This document shows, piece after piece, positions 37,629 through 50,857 of a stretch of DNA of 64,000 nt (its first letter is position 1; each line of letters begins with the position of its first letter). A model generated the notes under the pieces. The model did not search any database, was not told where the DNA came from, and was given only the letters and a program-made list of their open reading frames with translations. A program made the position numbers and the translations under genes. The DNA is taken from positions 15,810,001 to 15,874,000 of the forward strand of contig OX597818.1 of assembly GCA_951406725.2 (NCBI GenBank), given 5' to 3'. The DNA is from Octopus vulgaris (taxonomy: Eukaryota).

Positions 37629-37869
37629 TACATTTGATGACAGTTTATTCACTGTATGTCTCCTGTGAAGGAGCATGGCTTAGTAGTTAGGGTATTTAGT
37701 TCATTATCATAAGGTCATGCATCCAATTCTAAAATTCAGCTTGTGTGTTGCATCCTTGAGCAAGGAACTTGTTTTCCTGTTGCTCCAATCTACTCAGTAG
37801 TGCCATCTTAAGGCATGAGCACAGGTCTAGGGCCCTAATGCTATGTTATGATTTGCTGTCAATAAGACA

Positions 37870-38285
37870 CAGGCATGGCTGTGTGGTAAGAAGCTTGCTT
37901 CTCAACCATATGGTTCCGGGTTCAGTCCCACTGCATAGCACCTTGGGCAAGTATCTTCTACTATTGCCTTGAGCCAATCAAAGCCTTATGAATGAATTTG
38001 GTAGATGGAAACTGAAATAAGCCCGTTGTATATATATATGTGTGTGTGTGTGTGTGGTGCATGTGTGCATGCCTGTGTGTATTTGTTTTTGCCCCACCAC
38101 TGCTGACAACCAGTGTTGGTGTGTTTATGTCCCCGTAATCTAGTGGTTAAGCAAAAGAGGCTGATAGAATAAGTACCAGGTTTAACAAAAGAAAAAGCAC
38201 TGAAGTTGATTGATTTGGCTAAAAATTCTTCAAAGCGGTGCCCCAGCATGGCTGCAGTCTAATAACTGAAACAAGTAAAAGATAG
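37870..38285 (+). mobile_element. SINE family A
   Basis: Family consensus, diverged. Confidence 0.85.
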
Positions 38286-39054
38286 AAGATATACTATAGA
38301 GCCTAGTGTATTAATTTTCTTGTGTCCTATTATACTACTAAAACGGCTCTGCTACTCAGTTATAGGGAGTACCATCTCTCTCTTCTTCACTTACTTCAGC
38401 TGTCACATCTTGGGTATTTCACTCAGTCAAAAGTAATGGGGCCGAGAGGGCACTTATGTCTGCTTGCGACTACATAGGTACTTAAAGCAATTACTGAAAA
38501 CATTCTGCATACTACCAAGCCATACTCACTTCTGAGAGGAACCTGGTTGGATATCTGTATTACATTTGTCTACAATTTGTTCCCCAACGATGTCCTCATC
38601 TCGTAACAAACAAGGCTGAAAATAACTCTAACAAGCTATTCTGCATTGACAAAATACAATGCATAAAATAAACCATCAAGCGATGTCCTTTGGTGAAAAA
38701 TGCAGGACATTATTTAATGTTACAAATGGATGTAGAACAGTCGTGTACAAACTATGTCCTGTGGAACTTTCTAAATGGCACGTCTAACGAAAATGACTTT
38801 GAATTTTTCTATTTTTTTTTTAATAACGTTACCTGCCTGATGATGAGTCATGTCTCACGCATTCCTCTTCTTGCAAAAGGTTGCACATGCCTGATATAGA
38901 ACATGACAGTAGAAAAAGTTTTAATATGTTACATAATGTTGCATAGATGAAGATGGAAGGATGAAGGGATGTAATCAAACATAGTTACTTAGGTGAAGTT
39001 TCAGAGTCAAACGCATCCCTAGATGTGTGAAGTAGCTTAATCTGGACCCTTCAG

Positions 39055-39154
39055 AAATGTACATTATTTACATTCGATGGATATTTGTCCTCATCTTGTT
39101 TGTTGTCTTGAGGAAATTTCGAACCTGGGTTCTCATTCCTAAGGTATTTTTCGA

Positions 39155-39207
<53 letters not shown>

Positions 39208-39460
39208 TTGTTGTTGTTGTTGTTGTTGTTGTTGCTATTGGATTCCGAGTTCGATTCTAAGCAGTGACCTGAATAATAATAACAACAACATCGAAAAATA
39301 CCTTAGGAATGAGAACCCAGGTTTGAAATTTTCCCAAGACACCTGAAGAAGGCTGGAGGGTATATCAGCCAAAACGTTGTGTTAACAACTAACAAGATGA
39401 GGACAAATATTTGTCGAATGTAAATAATGTATATAATTCCTCATCTCTTAAATATAGAAC
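39055..39460 (+). mobile_element. Family H (tRNA-B-box/hammerhead SINE) as an inverted pair
   Basis: Right arm: GAGTTCGATTC (39247), (AAT/AAC)n, GACAC-CTGAAGA(39343-39349)-A-GGCTG..CAGCC-AAAA-CGTT-GTGTT. Left arm 39060-39155 is the inverted copy lacking the hammerhead. Confidence 0.8.
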
Positions 39461-39526
39461 TGTATTACCTTTGGAAATGGTTCAAAAGTTTGGATGTTGA
39501 GTACACGTACATTTAAATATAAGTGA

Positions 39527-39913
39527 CTAGCAGTATCGCCCGGCGTTGCTCAGGTTTGTAAGGGAAATAACTATAAAGCATCTTTAGAGAGTTATAGCCA
39601 AAAAATAGCAAAAAAATGGAAAAAAAATGATGGTAAATTTTTTTTTGAGAGTAAAAAAAGGTTGAGTTGCGTCCCCTAGACAGTCTGTGGTTTGTTTTTT
39701 TTTATTCTCGACCCCATGTCGAATTTATCGATTTTTTTCAGAACTGGGGGAACTTTTCAAAATTTTCGCTGCGTTAGTTTTGAATTATGACATTGGGCTA
39801 TGCGTGTGTCAAGTTTCATCAGAATCGGTTGAAAGCCGTGGTCAGGGTGAGGGTACGAGAAAACAGACACACAGAAACACGCACAGACAAACTGCCGTTT
39901 ATATATAGAGAGA
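39527..39913 (-). mobile_element. Non-autonomous Helitron
   Basis: Minus strand begins TC after A (39914) and ends CTAG before T (39526). GC-rich subterminal motif GAGCAACGCCGGGCG near the 3' end. Confidence 0.75.
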
Positions 39914-40421
39914 TGAAAGAGATCTTTCATGACTGAATCAATAATGGCACTTGATGATGTAACAGACTTATATAAACTGATATATGATGCAGAAAATTAC
40001 GTGATGCAGGATAAGTGAATAATTACAATTAAATGTCGGTTATCCATTTTAAGTAAAGAAGAGAACTAATTTTAAGTGTAAATGTAAATTCAAATCTAAA
40101 TTAAAATTGGAATTTAAATAAATTTAAGATGATAAAATAAAAAAAAACAATACAAACATTCAAAAAATATTAGAGCAAACAATAGAACACTTGAAACTTG
40201 AAAAATTAAATTAAAACGAAATAAAGTAACAAAACAAAAGTAAAAAAAAAAAAGTTCGAAGGATAAACAGCTGCAGATGATATTCAAATAAAAGCAGCAT
40301 AATGAAAAGAACACCAGAAACCAGCTAACACAATTGAAAGGCATAACAAAAGAACAAGCCCAACCAAAGTTCAAAGGAAGGGAAAACAGAGAAAAAAAGT
40401 CGCCAACGATACACACGCGGT

Positions 40422-40501
<80 letters not shown>

Positions 40502-41044
40502 GTGTGTGTGTGTGTGTGTGTGTCCTCTTTCTTTTCTTTCCTTTCGTGAGCGTCCAGTAACACTACTTATTCCACGTCCTCGTGTAGTTGTTTTTTCTTG
40601 CTTGGTCATGTTTGGATTAACTATGTGTATACACACACACACACACACGCTCACATTGGTCATAGTCATTAGCTTTCAAATATCCGTATATTCACGTGTT
40701 TCAAGAGATGACTGCCCTCACTAAATCAAAACTTTAATGATGACATAAATATATGAGATGTCCAAGTGCACAGCTAGATCTTAGAAAAATTGATTTAATA
40801 GATATGACAGGTGAGATAATGTACAGTCACGATATTGTGAAAGGAAGTTGAATAAAGTGAACAAGTAAGGAAATGTACAAATGCCTATAAACATACTCAC
40901 ATACACACAGACAAAGAAAGAAAGAAAGAAATAACATACATCCATACATACATACATACATACATACATACATACATACATACATACATACATACATACA
41001 TACATACATACATACATACATACATACATACATACATACATACA

Positions 41045-43095
41045 CACTGACCAGTGGATGACAACATAGGGCTAAAGATCAACGAGAAAAAAATGCTTCC
41101 GCTGAACTATTGAGAAATCTACAGTTACTCTACCCAGACCATAAGTTCAGGTTGTAATTATGGGGGCACTGGGATATGTAATACACAGCCTAAGTAGCAA
41201 TCTTGAGAAATTAGACTTCTCAAAACCAGAAAGGAGAAAGCTGATTTGAAGACTATAGATCCAAGCCATCATTGGAACTGTAATAATTTGTAAAACTTTA
41301 TCATTGAAGTATATAGGAACATTAAAGTGGAGCGAAAAAGGTACTTTTTAAGCAGATTTTCGAAATATGGTTTCAAAAATTTTTTTTTTATTGCGAAATT
41401 CTTTAAAAACAACTGTGTTAAAATCTGAAATGCTTAAATTTATATCTTCAGGCTCTGCAGCCCACTTGAAATGTTGAATAATGAGCGAAAAATTAATTTG
41501 TAACACGTTCGCTGTTCCTCATTTTGTTTTTATATTCATTATTACAAATTAATTTTCTTTTGCGAAATCCTTTGTAGACAAGAGTTTAAAAATCTCAAGC
41601 TCTAAAATTTATAACTTTAGGCTCCGCAACACACTTGAAATTTTGAAATTTATGTAAAATATATAGACTTTTTGACCTTATTTTCTTTATTATTTTTAAT
41701 ACTAGGCCTCTGAACATATGTGTTACATGATGTCTAGATTACACGCACATTAAAATAAATTAAATTGTCAAAATTGTAGCAGAAAAGATAATTCTTCTTT
41801 GGCAAAAGGCATCCATCCTTCGTGTTACAATTAAGTCAGTTAAACCGAAAATATTAAACTTTCCTTTGCTGGCGTAGAAGGGCAACTGTGATTTGGCCGA
41901 TTCTTTCTAATCCACATCTGAACTTTCTGTTTAGATACTGCTTGATCTATTCCACCAATGACCATTTTTCGATTTGACTGTTGATCCTGTAAAAAAATCT
42001 TGCACTCCCTGTGATATTTTTTGTCTCTACTAAAACTTCAGTTTTTAAAAGAGGAAATGTCAAATAAATCTTTTGTTGCATTGCTATTAAACACATTACA
42101 CTTTGTTTGAAATAACACATTTCATCTATTTTTCACAGATTTTAGTAATGCTTGGTACTTTAAATAAAAGTGTTTATGATTTTCGGTTTAACTGACTCAA
42201 TCGTAACACAAGGGATGGATGCCTTTTGCCAAAGAAAAATTATCTTTACTGCTACAATCTTGACAATTTGTTTAATTGAAGGATCTTTCTTAACTAAATT
42301 CTTTTCTTTTTCTTGTTCAAATAAAACACTTTTTAGTACGTCCTTGTAAGTTGGCAAAACACGTGGAGTACTAAATATTGGGCTTTCAATATCATGGCGC
42401 GTTATTGGCTTATGAGTCATCACTAAATGTAAACAGCACTAAATTTAACACAATCATTAATTTTAATACGCTGGTCTAAAGTCAAGGTACGAAGCAGAAA
42501 ACTTCACGCATGACATACGTCCACATGCAACGACCATTGCAGCAGCACTGGAGAGCAATTCACACGCCTGTTCTTTTTATAGTCAATGCAGAACCTCAAG
42601 ATATTAATCAATTATATTGAAACTTGGTGTGCAACCTCTTAAGGATACTATATTTACTGTTTTTGCATTTTTGCATATGAAGAAATATGCATTCGTTACA
42701 ACTTATAATCCATGAAATCTAAAATTCTACCTAAAATAGCAATTTTTAAAATTTTCATTTGCGTTGTGGAACCGCAAAGTTCTTTATGCACCTTTCTTTT
42801 AACCTTAATTCACAACAAAATATCGATTCTAGGTTATCAATTTTGAAAGTTGCATTTTTCATTCCACCCTAAGGAGCATGCCTAGACATGAAACTATATG
42901 CATGAGAATACATACATAAAACAAAATATACAAATCTGCACATGTACTGGCTCCAAATACTCCACATGTACACACATGCAAGCGGAAATATCCTGTTGGT
43001 GTTGTTGAAATTCTAATGACCGAGCCTTGGATCTAGGTTAGAAACCAACTCTTTTTCTGTTGGCAAGAAATTTTGAAATAAAACTGAATAATGAC
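41045..43095 (+). mobile_element. R4/Dong-like LINE 3' fragment in (CATA)n, split by a hAT insertion
   Basis: 41050-41322 and 42872-43095 are colinear with 30265-30746 and flanked by CATA repeats. Confidence 0.85.
41323..42871 (-). mobile_element. hAT (hATm-like) transposon, internally deleted
   Basis: TIRs TAAAGTGGAGCGAAAAA/TTTTTCATTCCACCCTA; 8-bp TSD AGGAACAT (41315-41322)/AGGAGCAT (42872-42879). Transposase N-terminus LPTYKDV..LWQKASIP..LFDIS..FLQDQQSNRKMVIGGID. Confidence 0.85.
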
Positions 43096-43989
43096 ATACA
43101 TACACGTCTGTGTATACATACATGTACATACATACCTACACAGACATTCAACTTAAATGTTCAAACCATAGGAACATATATGAAATAATCTAAGATAAAT
43201 AGTAGGTAAAATGTGATAGATTTATAGTACAGTAGCGCGTGGTGTGGTAACGTGATGTTGACACATACACGTTGATTGTGATGTCAAAGGTGAACAGGAT
43301 AAATTAGTACAAAGTCTAACTTGATGGTACATGATATTGAATAATGTTCGATAATGTGACATGATACAGAATGTTGCATGGAGTAAGCAAAAGGTTGAGA
43401 GATTTGCATGCAAAGATGTCATTGTTATTTATGATGATTTCTTGGCGAGTTAAGAAACGTGAAACGTATGAGTACCTATGTTGGTGTTAAAATATCAGAT
43501 CTTGCCAGTGTATTTTTATTACGAACCTTGAAAAATAGAATTAAAGATGCACATATGACATGAAATAGAGATGATGGACTCACTATGTGCCATAACAAGA
43601 ACATACTTGGATAGAGGTTCATTAATACATTCTGACAATTTAATCTAAAATATCCAGAAATCGTTAACCTCCTCGATATAACTTTAAATTTAAACATAGC
43701 TAGACATTACTCATACCATGATCTGAATAAGGAAATTATATTTCCAACCACAATTAAGTGGTCAAATATATTATGTACCCTCCTCAGCAGGAATATAGCT
43801 GTAAAAATACACCTAATCATTTTCTTAGTAATGTATCCTCTTTATCTGAGGAACTTGTATTTAGATATATGCGTTTAAATATCTGTATTAACTACTGAAG
43901 GCACATGATGAGAACCTGATACACACAGTGCAATCGTTCGTTTAGATACAGGAGCAAATGCAATTCCACTACATTGTCAAAATATACCT

Positions 43990-46930
43990 GGTAGTTGTAG
44001 GCACAGGGTTCTATCTGCATGCATGGCATACAGTTTCTTTAGTTCTGAGTCCCTTAACCAGCACACTGCAGCTGTCCCCTGTTTCGAATCTTCCGGTTCC
44101 GTCAACCAGGCCTTTTACACCCTGGTTAGAATGTCTGCCTTATTCCTTTCTGAAGGCACAAAGACTTTGCTCAGCTTCAAACCAAATTCAGAAGCTAGCT
44201 CTCCCCAAACCCCTAGGCAGCGCTTTACTAACATCTCCGCAGCCCCTTTGGTTCAAACCTTCTTTTTGTCAGTGATCACTGATCCTACCCAACCAAGCAC
44301 GGTGGCCGAATCAGTTCGGATTTCAATGGAGTGCAGTCCCATTTCAGGGTCAAATTCACCCCCTTCAGAACTGCGTCCAACTCAGCCACATCGACATGGC
44401 TGTAATCGTCTGCTTTTTGAAGCCAGGCCACATCCTCCACTTCGACGCCTCCAATTCCCAGAACAATCCTATCATTGTGCTTCTAGCATTGCACCATACG
44501 GTCCCATTCTCTAATTTGGGCACATACTGGGTCTTCTGCTCTTGTTCTCTCTAGGATCTCCTGCATCATCACTATCATCTTCTCTCCCACTTTGTTTTCC
44601 CAATTTGCTCCTTCTACTCTTCTCTTGACGTAGCTGCAAGCTGTTCGTTGCCACCCTGCGACTGAGTAGTGACCCACTAGTCTCCCACATATCTAGAATA
44701 CTTCTCTCCTGTTGACACTGGTACTCAGTTCCGGGATCTCGTTTCCTTTCCAGAACACCAATGAGCCTGTTTAATCTCTTTGAAGCTTGACTCCCAGTGT
44801 AGCTCCTCCAACCATTAGCTTTGGTGGCTTTGCAATCAACCCGAACTTCTTGAGATGACTTAGAACCTCTGTGGCAGACACTACTGTCTCATCTACCAAG
44901 ATATCGTCTATTTAGGAATTGGTGGCCCTTCTTATCCTGTCCATCTTTCCCAAGATATACTTGAGCTCTGTTGCTGAAATCCAGCCTAGTCAAACAGTAT
45001 GTCTAGCCCTTATATCATTCAAGATGATACTGTCACAGTTTCTCGCTTACATGGAACTGCAAATATGCTGACTTCAAGTCGACAATCGTCGCCGCCCTCG
45101 TCATCTGTCTCTATTTGCACAGCGTCTCACCACAGACATCAGTCGCCTCACCACAGACATCAGTCGCCTCACCACCCGAGTGGCACAATACATGGACACT
45201 TATCTCCCAAAAGTCCGACTAGGCTTTGCCCTTTGTTGGCTGCACCACTGCCATTAGTGGTTGCGCTCCGCTCACCATCTCCTCCTTCCATGGGATAAGG
45301 ACACCCTCCTTAATCCACCTCTCTACATCTTCAAACTCATCCCTGGTATGTCCTTTCATGGTATGTTGATAGCAGCACAGCTTGTTCTTCAGCATCAGGG
45401 GCTCCCTTTTCCAGCGCCACTCTACCATCCACTACTGACCATCGAACATCACTCGAAAATCTTTGTCCTCAACAGTGTAAGCAGTATAGTATCTCGCAGA
45501 GCTCTGCTCCCTCTCATGTGGCAGATTCATGGTGCATGACGCTGCTGCACCACCAAACGAAACCACGTCTCCACCAACACTGACACCTCCAAGGTGGTTG
45601 ATCACGTCCAGCCCCATCACCACATCAATTCTGTCTACCACATGGTCAATCATGATCCCCTGCAGCCTTATTGTTGTGCTCCACGCCGCTATCTCCACGT
45701 CGCTGTTATCCTTACATCCAATTTCGCTGCATCGACCGCCCAAACACTACACGCCCCCTTCAATTGTTTTTTGTCCACGCGCGAGACGTGGTACAGCTCA
45801 TATATATGAGGGCTTTGAACGTCTTTCCCCCAACCAAGACTTCAACTACAGGCAGTGACTGCACAAGTGCCTCTACTCACTCGCGGGGTAAGTTTGAGAG
45901 GTAGCAACTTCCCTGTAACCTTTTCCCTGGATGCAATTTTGAGCGATATGTCCAGCCTGTGCCTGCACCGATAGCAAACGGGTCTGGGCTTTGTCTCTGC
46001 ACAGTCCCTCACCATGTGCGGTCCCTGGCACTTGAAGCACCGGCTCATGAACAGTCGCTGTCGCTCCACGGCAGTTTTCTTCTCCCCGTTCTTTACCGGT
46101 CGCTGCACTACATCGTGGGCTTCCACAACTGCCATCGCCACTGACTTCCGTTTGGTGTTTTGTGTCGATACGCGGGCTTGAGCAATGAGCTCGCTCATCG
46201 CCATTTTTTCGCTGTCTGATATGTCGTCGGGAAAGTCGCACTGGTATGTCGTTGGGAAAGCCATATATGAAGGCCTGTCGTGCTGCCCTCTCTAGACCCT
46301 CTCCGGTAAAACCAGACAGCGTGGCAAGTCTCTGAACCTCTGCGGCATACTCAAGGTACAACACCAGCACGCTTCTCTTAGGTACGGGTTATGAGACCTG
46401 CTACATCGTCGATGCCTTGTAGCCTGGTGCCTGGTCACTACTTTGATCTTATGTATCCAGGCCACTACATCTCCTTCGCCATAGAAGGAGGTAACAACAA
46501 TGGAGAAATATACTTATATATGAATGCCGAAATAGCTTGTTGTACGAAGGAATTTTAATGCAGAGAAATAAGATACAATCCACCTACTTTCTCATCGTCA
46601 GCTGTCCAGCTGTACCAAGTCCAAAACTCGCACCCTACCTGTCGCACCTAATGTAAGCAACTGCTGTTACTAACCCGCTAGCTCACTCTGCTCATGTCTG
46701 TTTGCGATGAGTGTCCCAATCCGAAAGAGGATGACCGTGGTCTTTCTTCCCTCACTTCTTCTCTCGCCCTTCCTGTTCTGGTCAGCCCCCCCCTCGACCA
46801 CTGACGTCACAGCCCTTTCCTTCTGGCTCATCTCATTCCCACGGTATTCCATTTTCTTTATTTCCTCCATTCTCTTTGCTCACTTTAATTCCTCTCACAT
46901 TACTTTGTGGTGCGTCTCCTTTCTAACACG
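43990..46930 (-). mobile_element. Ty3/Gypsy LTR retrotransposon relic (5' LTR, gag, protease, RT, RNase H, truncated in integrase)
   Basis: gag N-terminus YGEGDVVAWI; CCHC knuckle CFKCQGPHMVRDC; protease region; RT 'S*IDDILVDE' (~44903-44914). LTR edge TGTTG at 46538 with ATTAAA on the minus strand; outer LTR edge uncertain. Confidence 0.85.
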
Positions 46931-48010
46931 GATTTGTTGCACGCTAGTAGATCATTTACATATATAGGGTAACAAGATATTCCGCTTGTTACAGGATGTG
47001 ACATTATAGGTACACTGTGTACCTTCTCACTGCATAGGCCAGATGCATTCAAGCAAATTAGCTTCCTTCTTATACAGAATTTAATAGTAAAGTTATAATT
47101 AACACCTACCTGAATCTCAGCTATAACTGGTAGGTTATAACTAGTTAATAAATTGACAGAACATTCTAACCATCAGCTGGTCCGATTTCTGTATTCAAAT
47201 CTTTACATGTCTCTTATTTCGTTAAATGCAATGTTTATACTTATCTTCGTTATTTCAGGAAAGGGCATTCATGCTTGGGTTGTAATCAATTGAACAAACT
47301 CATCGCCAAAGTCAGGTGACGGGCCAGTTCCGGAAAATTACCATTAACTATTAGTGGTTCAATTACATATCTCATATCTTAAGAGAAATTTTAAACTAAC
47401 CTCACAGAGAAACAAAGCTACGTCACATATACTGTGACGTATTTGATTCTCAAGCTTCCATTTAAGCCACCATTTAAGCTCATCCTGGAGAAATTAAGAA
47501 CCCTCCGCACCCGCATGGTCTCTAAAACTTGGCAGTCATTAATTTTTAACAATTGCAGAACTATGTGAGAGACTAGGTCGCTAAGATGCGACAAAAGAAA
47601 GTGACGTTCAAGAAATAAACAAGTGTTTTGTGTTCTCTTAAACAGCTAAAATGAATCCTCTAAGATTTAACTACGATCATAAAGAAGTAGCTTGCTTCAA
47701 CAAATAATAGTTGATGGCTTATTTGTTTGTCAAAGCAGAACAGCTTGTGGGAATTATTTTCAGTAGCGCTGATAGTTTCGTTTTTTTGTTTGTTTGTTTG
47801 TTTGTGGGTGTGTGTTTATGAGAAAACTTAATTGAAGAGTATATTAAAACCAAATGTACAATAAATAGTACTAATTATATTGTTTCCTGTATTTGACCTC
47901 TGAGTCATAGTGCTCTGAAAAGGGGTTAAAATGCAGTTTAGAGGTTTAAAAAATGAAATCGACCAGAAGCGAAGATAGTGACATACCATAGAGAACTGGT
48001 GAAATCATTT

Positions 48011-48515
48011 TGTAGGGCACTGCCCAAGGATTTATGACAGACGAACTGTGGACAGGAACTTTGCTGCAGGATAGTTAGGGGACTGGTTTGTGGCAAAGTT
48101 GACTTCCAGTTAAGCCGGTTTACTACAAAACAGGAGTTGACTGGCGGCTGTCATCCTCGTGTATTTAACTGAATACATCTTTCACTAACACATTATGGGT
48201 CTCCGTTAATTTTTTTTTTTTTTTTTGCATAGCTTAACTAAAGCTACAACTAGTGACCCCACAGAAGAACAACAGCTTACGCTTCACACATCAAAGTAAA
48301 AAGAAAGATGGCAAGCACAACAGAAACACAACAGCACTGAAGCCACCACAATTCTGGCCACAGAGGGCTGAGCCATGGTTCATGCAGGTGGAAACGCAAT
48401 TTAACACATGTAAAATAACTTCAGACCTAATGAAATATTCATACATAGTAGCGGCACGAGATGAGGACATGGCAATGAGGGCGCTGGACATTGGTGAAGT
48501 CACTGCCCTTAATTG
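48011..48515 (+). mobile_element. Gypsy (CsRn1-like) LTR + PBS + gag start
   Basis: LTR TGTAG(48011)...CTACA(48248); PBS TAGTGACCCC (~tRNA-Trp TGGTGACCCC) at 48251; gag LKPPQFWPQRAEPWFMQVETQF..ITSD..KY. Confidence 0.8.
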
Positions 48516-48516
48516 A

Positions 48517-49339
48517 GGCGGTACTGGCAACGACCTCGCTTGAATGTTTTTTTCACGTGCCACCGGCACAAGTGCCAGTAACGATCACGCTCGAATGGTG
48601 CCTTTTACGTGCCAGTTAGCCGCTCTGGCAACGATCATGCTCGGATGATGCTCTTAGCGCCCCACTAGCATGGATGCCAGTCATCAAATTTGATTTCGAT
48701 TTCACTTACGATCACGCTCGAATGGTGTCTTTTACGTACCACCGGCACGGAAGCCAGATAGCTGCTCTGTCAACAATCACACTCGGATGGTGCTCTTAGC
48801 GTCCCACTAGCACGGATGCCACTCATCGAATTTGATTTCGATTTCACTTGCCTCAACAGGTCTACGCAAGCAGAGTTTAGTGTCCAAAGAAGGAAAGGTA
48901 AACATCAGCGGACTGGTTACGCCCATAGCATAGGCCATGAGATTATGGTCTCATTTGGCTTGCCGGGTTTTCTCAAACACAGCATATTTCCAAAAGGCTC
49001 GGTCACTAGTCATTGCCTCGGTGAGGCCTAATATTCGAAGGTCGTGCTTCACCACTTCATCCCAGGTCTTCCTGGGTCTACTTCCTCCACTGATTCCTTC
49101 AACTGCTATGGTGTGGCCCTTTTTACACAGCTATCCTCATCCATTCTCGCCATATGACCATACCAGCGCAGACGTCTCTCTTGCACACCACATCTGATGC
49201 TTCTTAGGTCCAACTTTTCTCTCAAGGTACTTACACTCTGTCGAGTATGCACTTTGTCGAGTACTTACACTCTGTCGAGTATGCCCGCTGACATTATACA
49301 TCCATCGGATCATATTGGCTTCATTCCTTGCGAGCTTAC
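48517..49339 (-). mobile_element. RTE LINE ORF C-terminus plus repeat-rich 3' UTR
   Basis: NEANMIRWM..LREKLDLRSIRCGVQERRLRWYGHMARM..RPRKTWDEVV, followed by tandem UTR units. Confidence 0.9.
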
Positions 49340-49619
49340 TTTTATTCTTTTATTTGTTTCAGTCATTTGTCTGTGGTCATGCTGGAGCACCGCCTTTTGA
49401 CGAACAAATCGACCCCAGGACCTATTCTTTGTAAGCCTAGCACTTATTCTATCAGTTATATAAGTTTTTCTCAAAAATACTAAGAGTAAAATATGTTTTG
49501 TATGACACATTCTACCAGTGTCCGAAGTTTGAAAGTGTTTAGTTACAAAAAATTATTTTTTAAATCTGTAGGCCAAAAGGTAAAGATCCACAGACGCTAA
49601 ACAATGATGATGATAATGA

Positions 49620-49770
49620 TTGTTTACAGAACAAAACTAGCGACAGTCAATGAATTGAGGACAGCTATTGAACAAAATTGCACACAAATATTGAATGAAA
49701 TGTTTCTTTATGTTTGTGATTCTATTGTTTGCATTCACAACAGTTACTGGAGCAAAACAGTCATTGATAT
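49620..49770 (+). mobile_element. Tc1/mariner-superfamily transposase C-terminal fragment
   Basis: VYRTKLATVNELRTAIEQNCTQI..EM...VCDSI matches 'VY..KP.T..EL..AI....I'. Confidence 0.6.
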
Positions 49771-49837
49771 TCACAAAAAAAAAATCTGTCAGTAATTCTA
49801 TCAAATCTTGAAAGTAAAATTTATTTTAATAAACATA

Positions 49838-50108
49838 GGCGCAGGAGTGGCCGTGTGGTAAGTAGCTTGCTTACCAGCCACTTGGTTCCGGGTTCATTCC
49901 TACTGCGTGGTACCTTGGGAAAGTGTCTTCTACTATAGCCTCGGGCCGACCAAAGCCTTATGAGTGGATTGGGTAGACGGAAACTGAAAGAAGCCCATCG
50001 TATATATGTATATTTATATGCATGTGTGTGTTTGTGTTTGTGTGTCTGTGTTTGTCCCCCCAACATCGCTTTACAACCGATGCTGGGTATGTTTACGTCC
50101 CCGCAACT
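49838..50108 (+). mobile_element. SINE family A (3'-truncated)
   Basis: Family consensus. Confidence 0.85.
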
Positions 50109-50303
50109 TGTCTTTTTCTTTCTCTCGCTGTTCATATGTAACCATCGTTCATCTTTCTTTATAGACAGCCAACAACTGGGGAAGAGTCGATCTTTATGTT
50201 ACTTGTCCTGTTTTCCTTTTTCCTCTTGTTGTTTGCGTATTTAACTTGTTTGTTTTCGTACTTCATGTTGTTTATATAGTTAGTGACATCCTGTACCCAT
50301 ATA

Positions 50304-50360
<57 letters not shown>

Positions 50361-50467
50361 ATGTAATATTATAGAATAATAATATAAACATATATATATA
50401 TATATATATGTTTATATTATTATTCTATAATATTACATATACATGTATGTATGTATGTGTGTGTGTG

Positions 50468-50521
<54 letters not shown>

Positions 50522-50559
50522 CCAAAGCGTGCGTATGTTGCTATATTTTAGATATAAAA

Positions 50560-50797
50560 AAATACAAAAATGGGACAAGAACGCAAAACATCCAGTCAGT
50601 TAGGTGATACAAAAAAGAAACAACAAAACATCCAGACAGACGATACAAAAAAAACAAGTACGGGTCATTATCTCAAGTATAACCAGCCGAAATTGCAAAG
50701 ATAATCTGGAACTCAACTGAGGATAGAAAACTCCAAATGATCCGTTCTTGTTTTCTTTGTATTGCCTGTCTGAATGTTTTGTGTCCTTGTCCTATTT

Positions 50798-50805
<8 letters not shown>
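50560..50805. mobile_element. TA-embedded foldback element
   Basis: AAAATGGGACAAG..AAAACATCCAGACAGACGATACAAA..CGGGTCATT vs AATGATCCG..TTTGTATTGCCTGTCTGAATGTTTT..CTTGTCCTATTTT. Half-copies at ~10760-10810 and ~11178-11295. Confidence 0.75.

Positions 50806-50857
<52 letters not shown>

Noticed and set aside
38830-38860. CTGATGA followed by a small stem
   Set aside because: No GAAA/NUH half of a hammerhead downstream.
43010-43052. Hammerhead-like words (CTAATGA...GAAACC) in the R4-like 3' UTR
   Set aside because: None of the three copies has CTGANGA or a valid stem I.
44023-44514. 163-aa plus-strand ORF
   Set aside because: Antisense to the Gypsy RNase H region.
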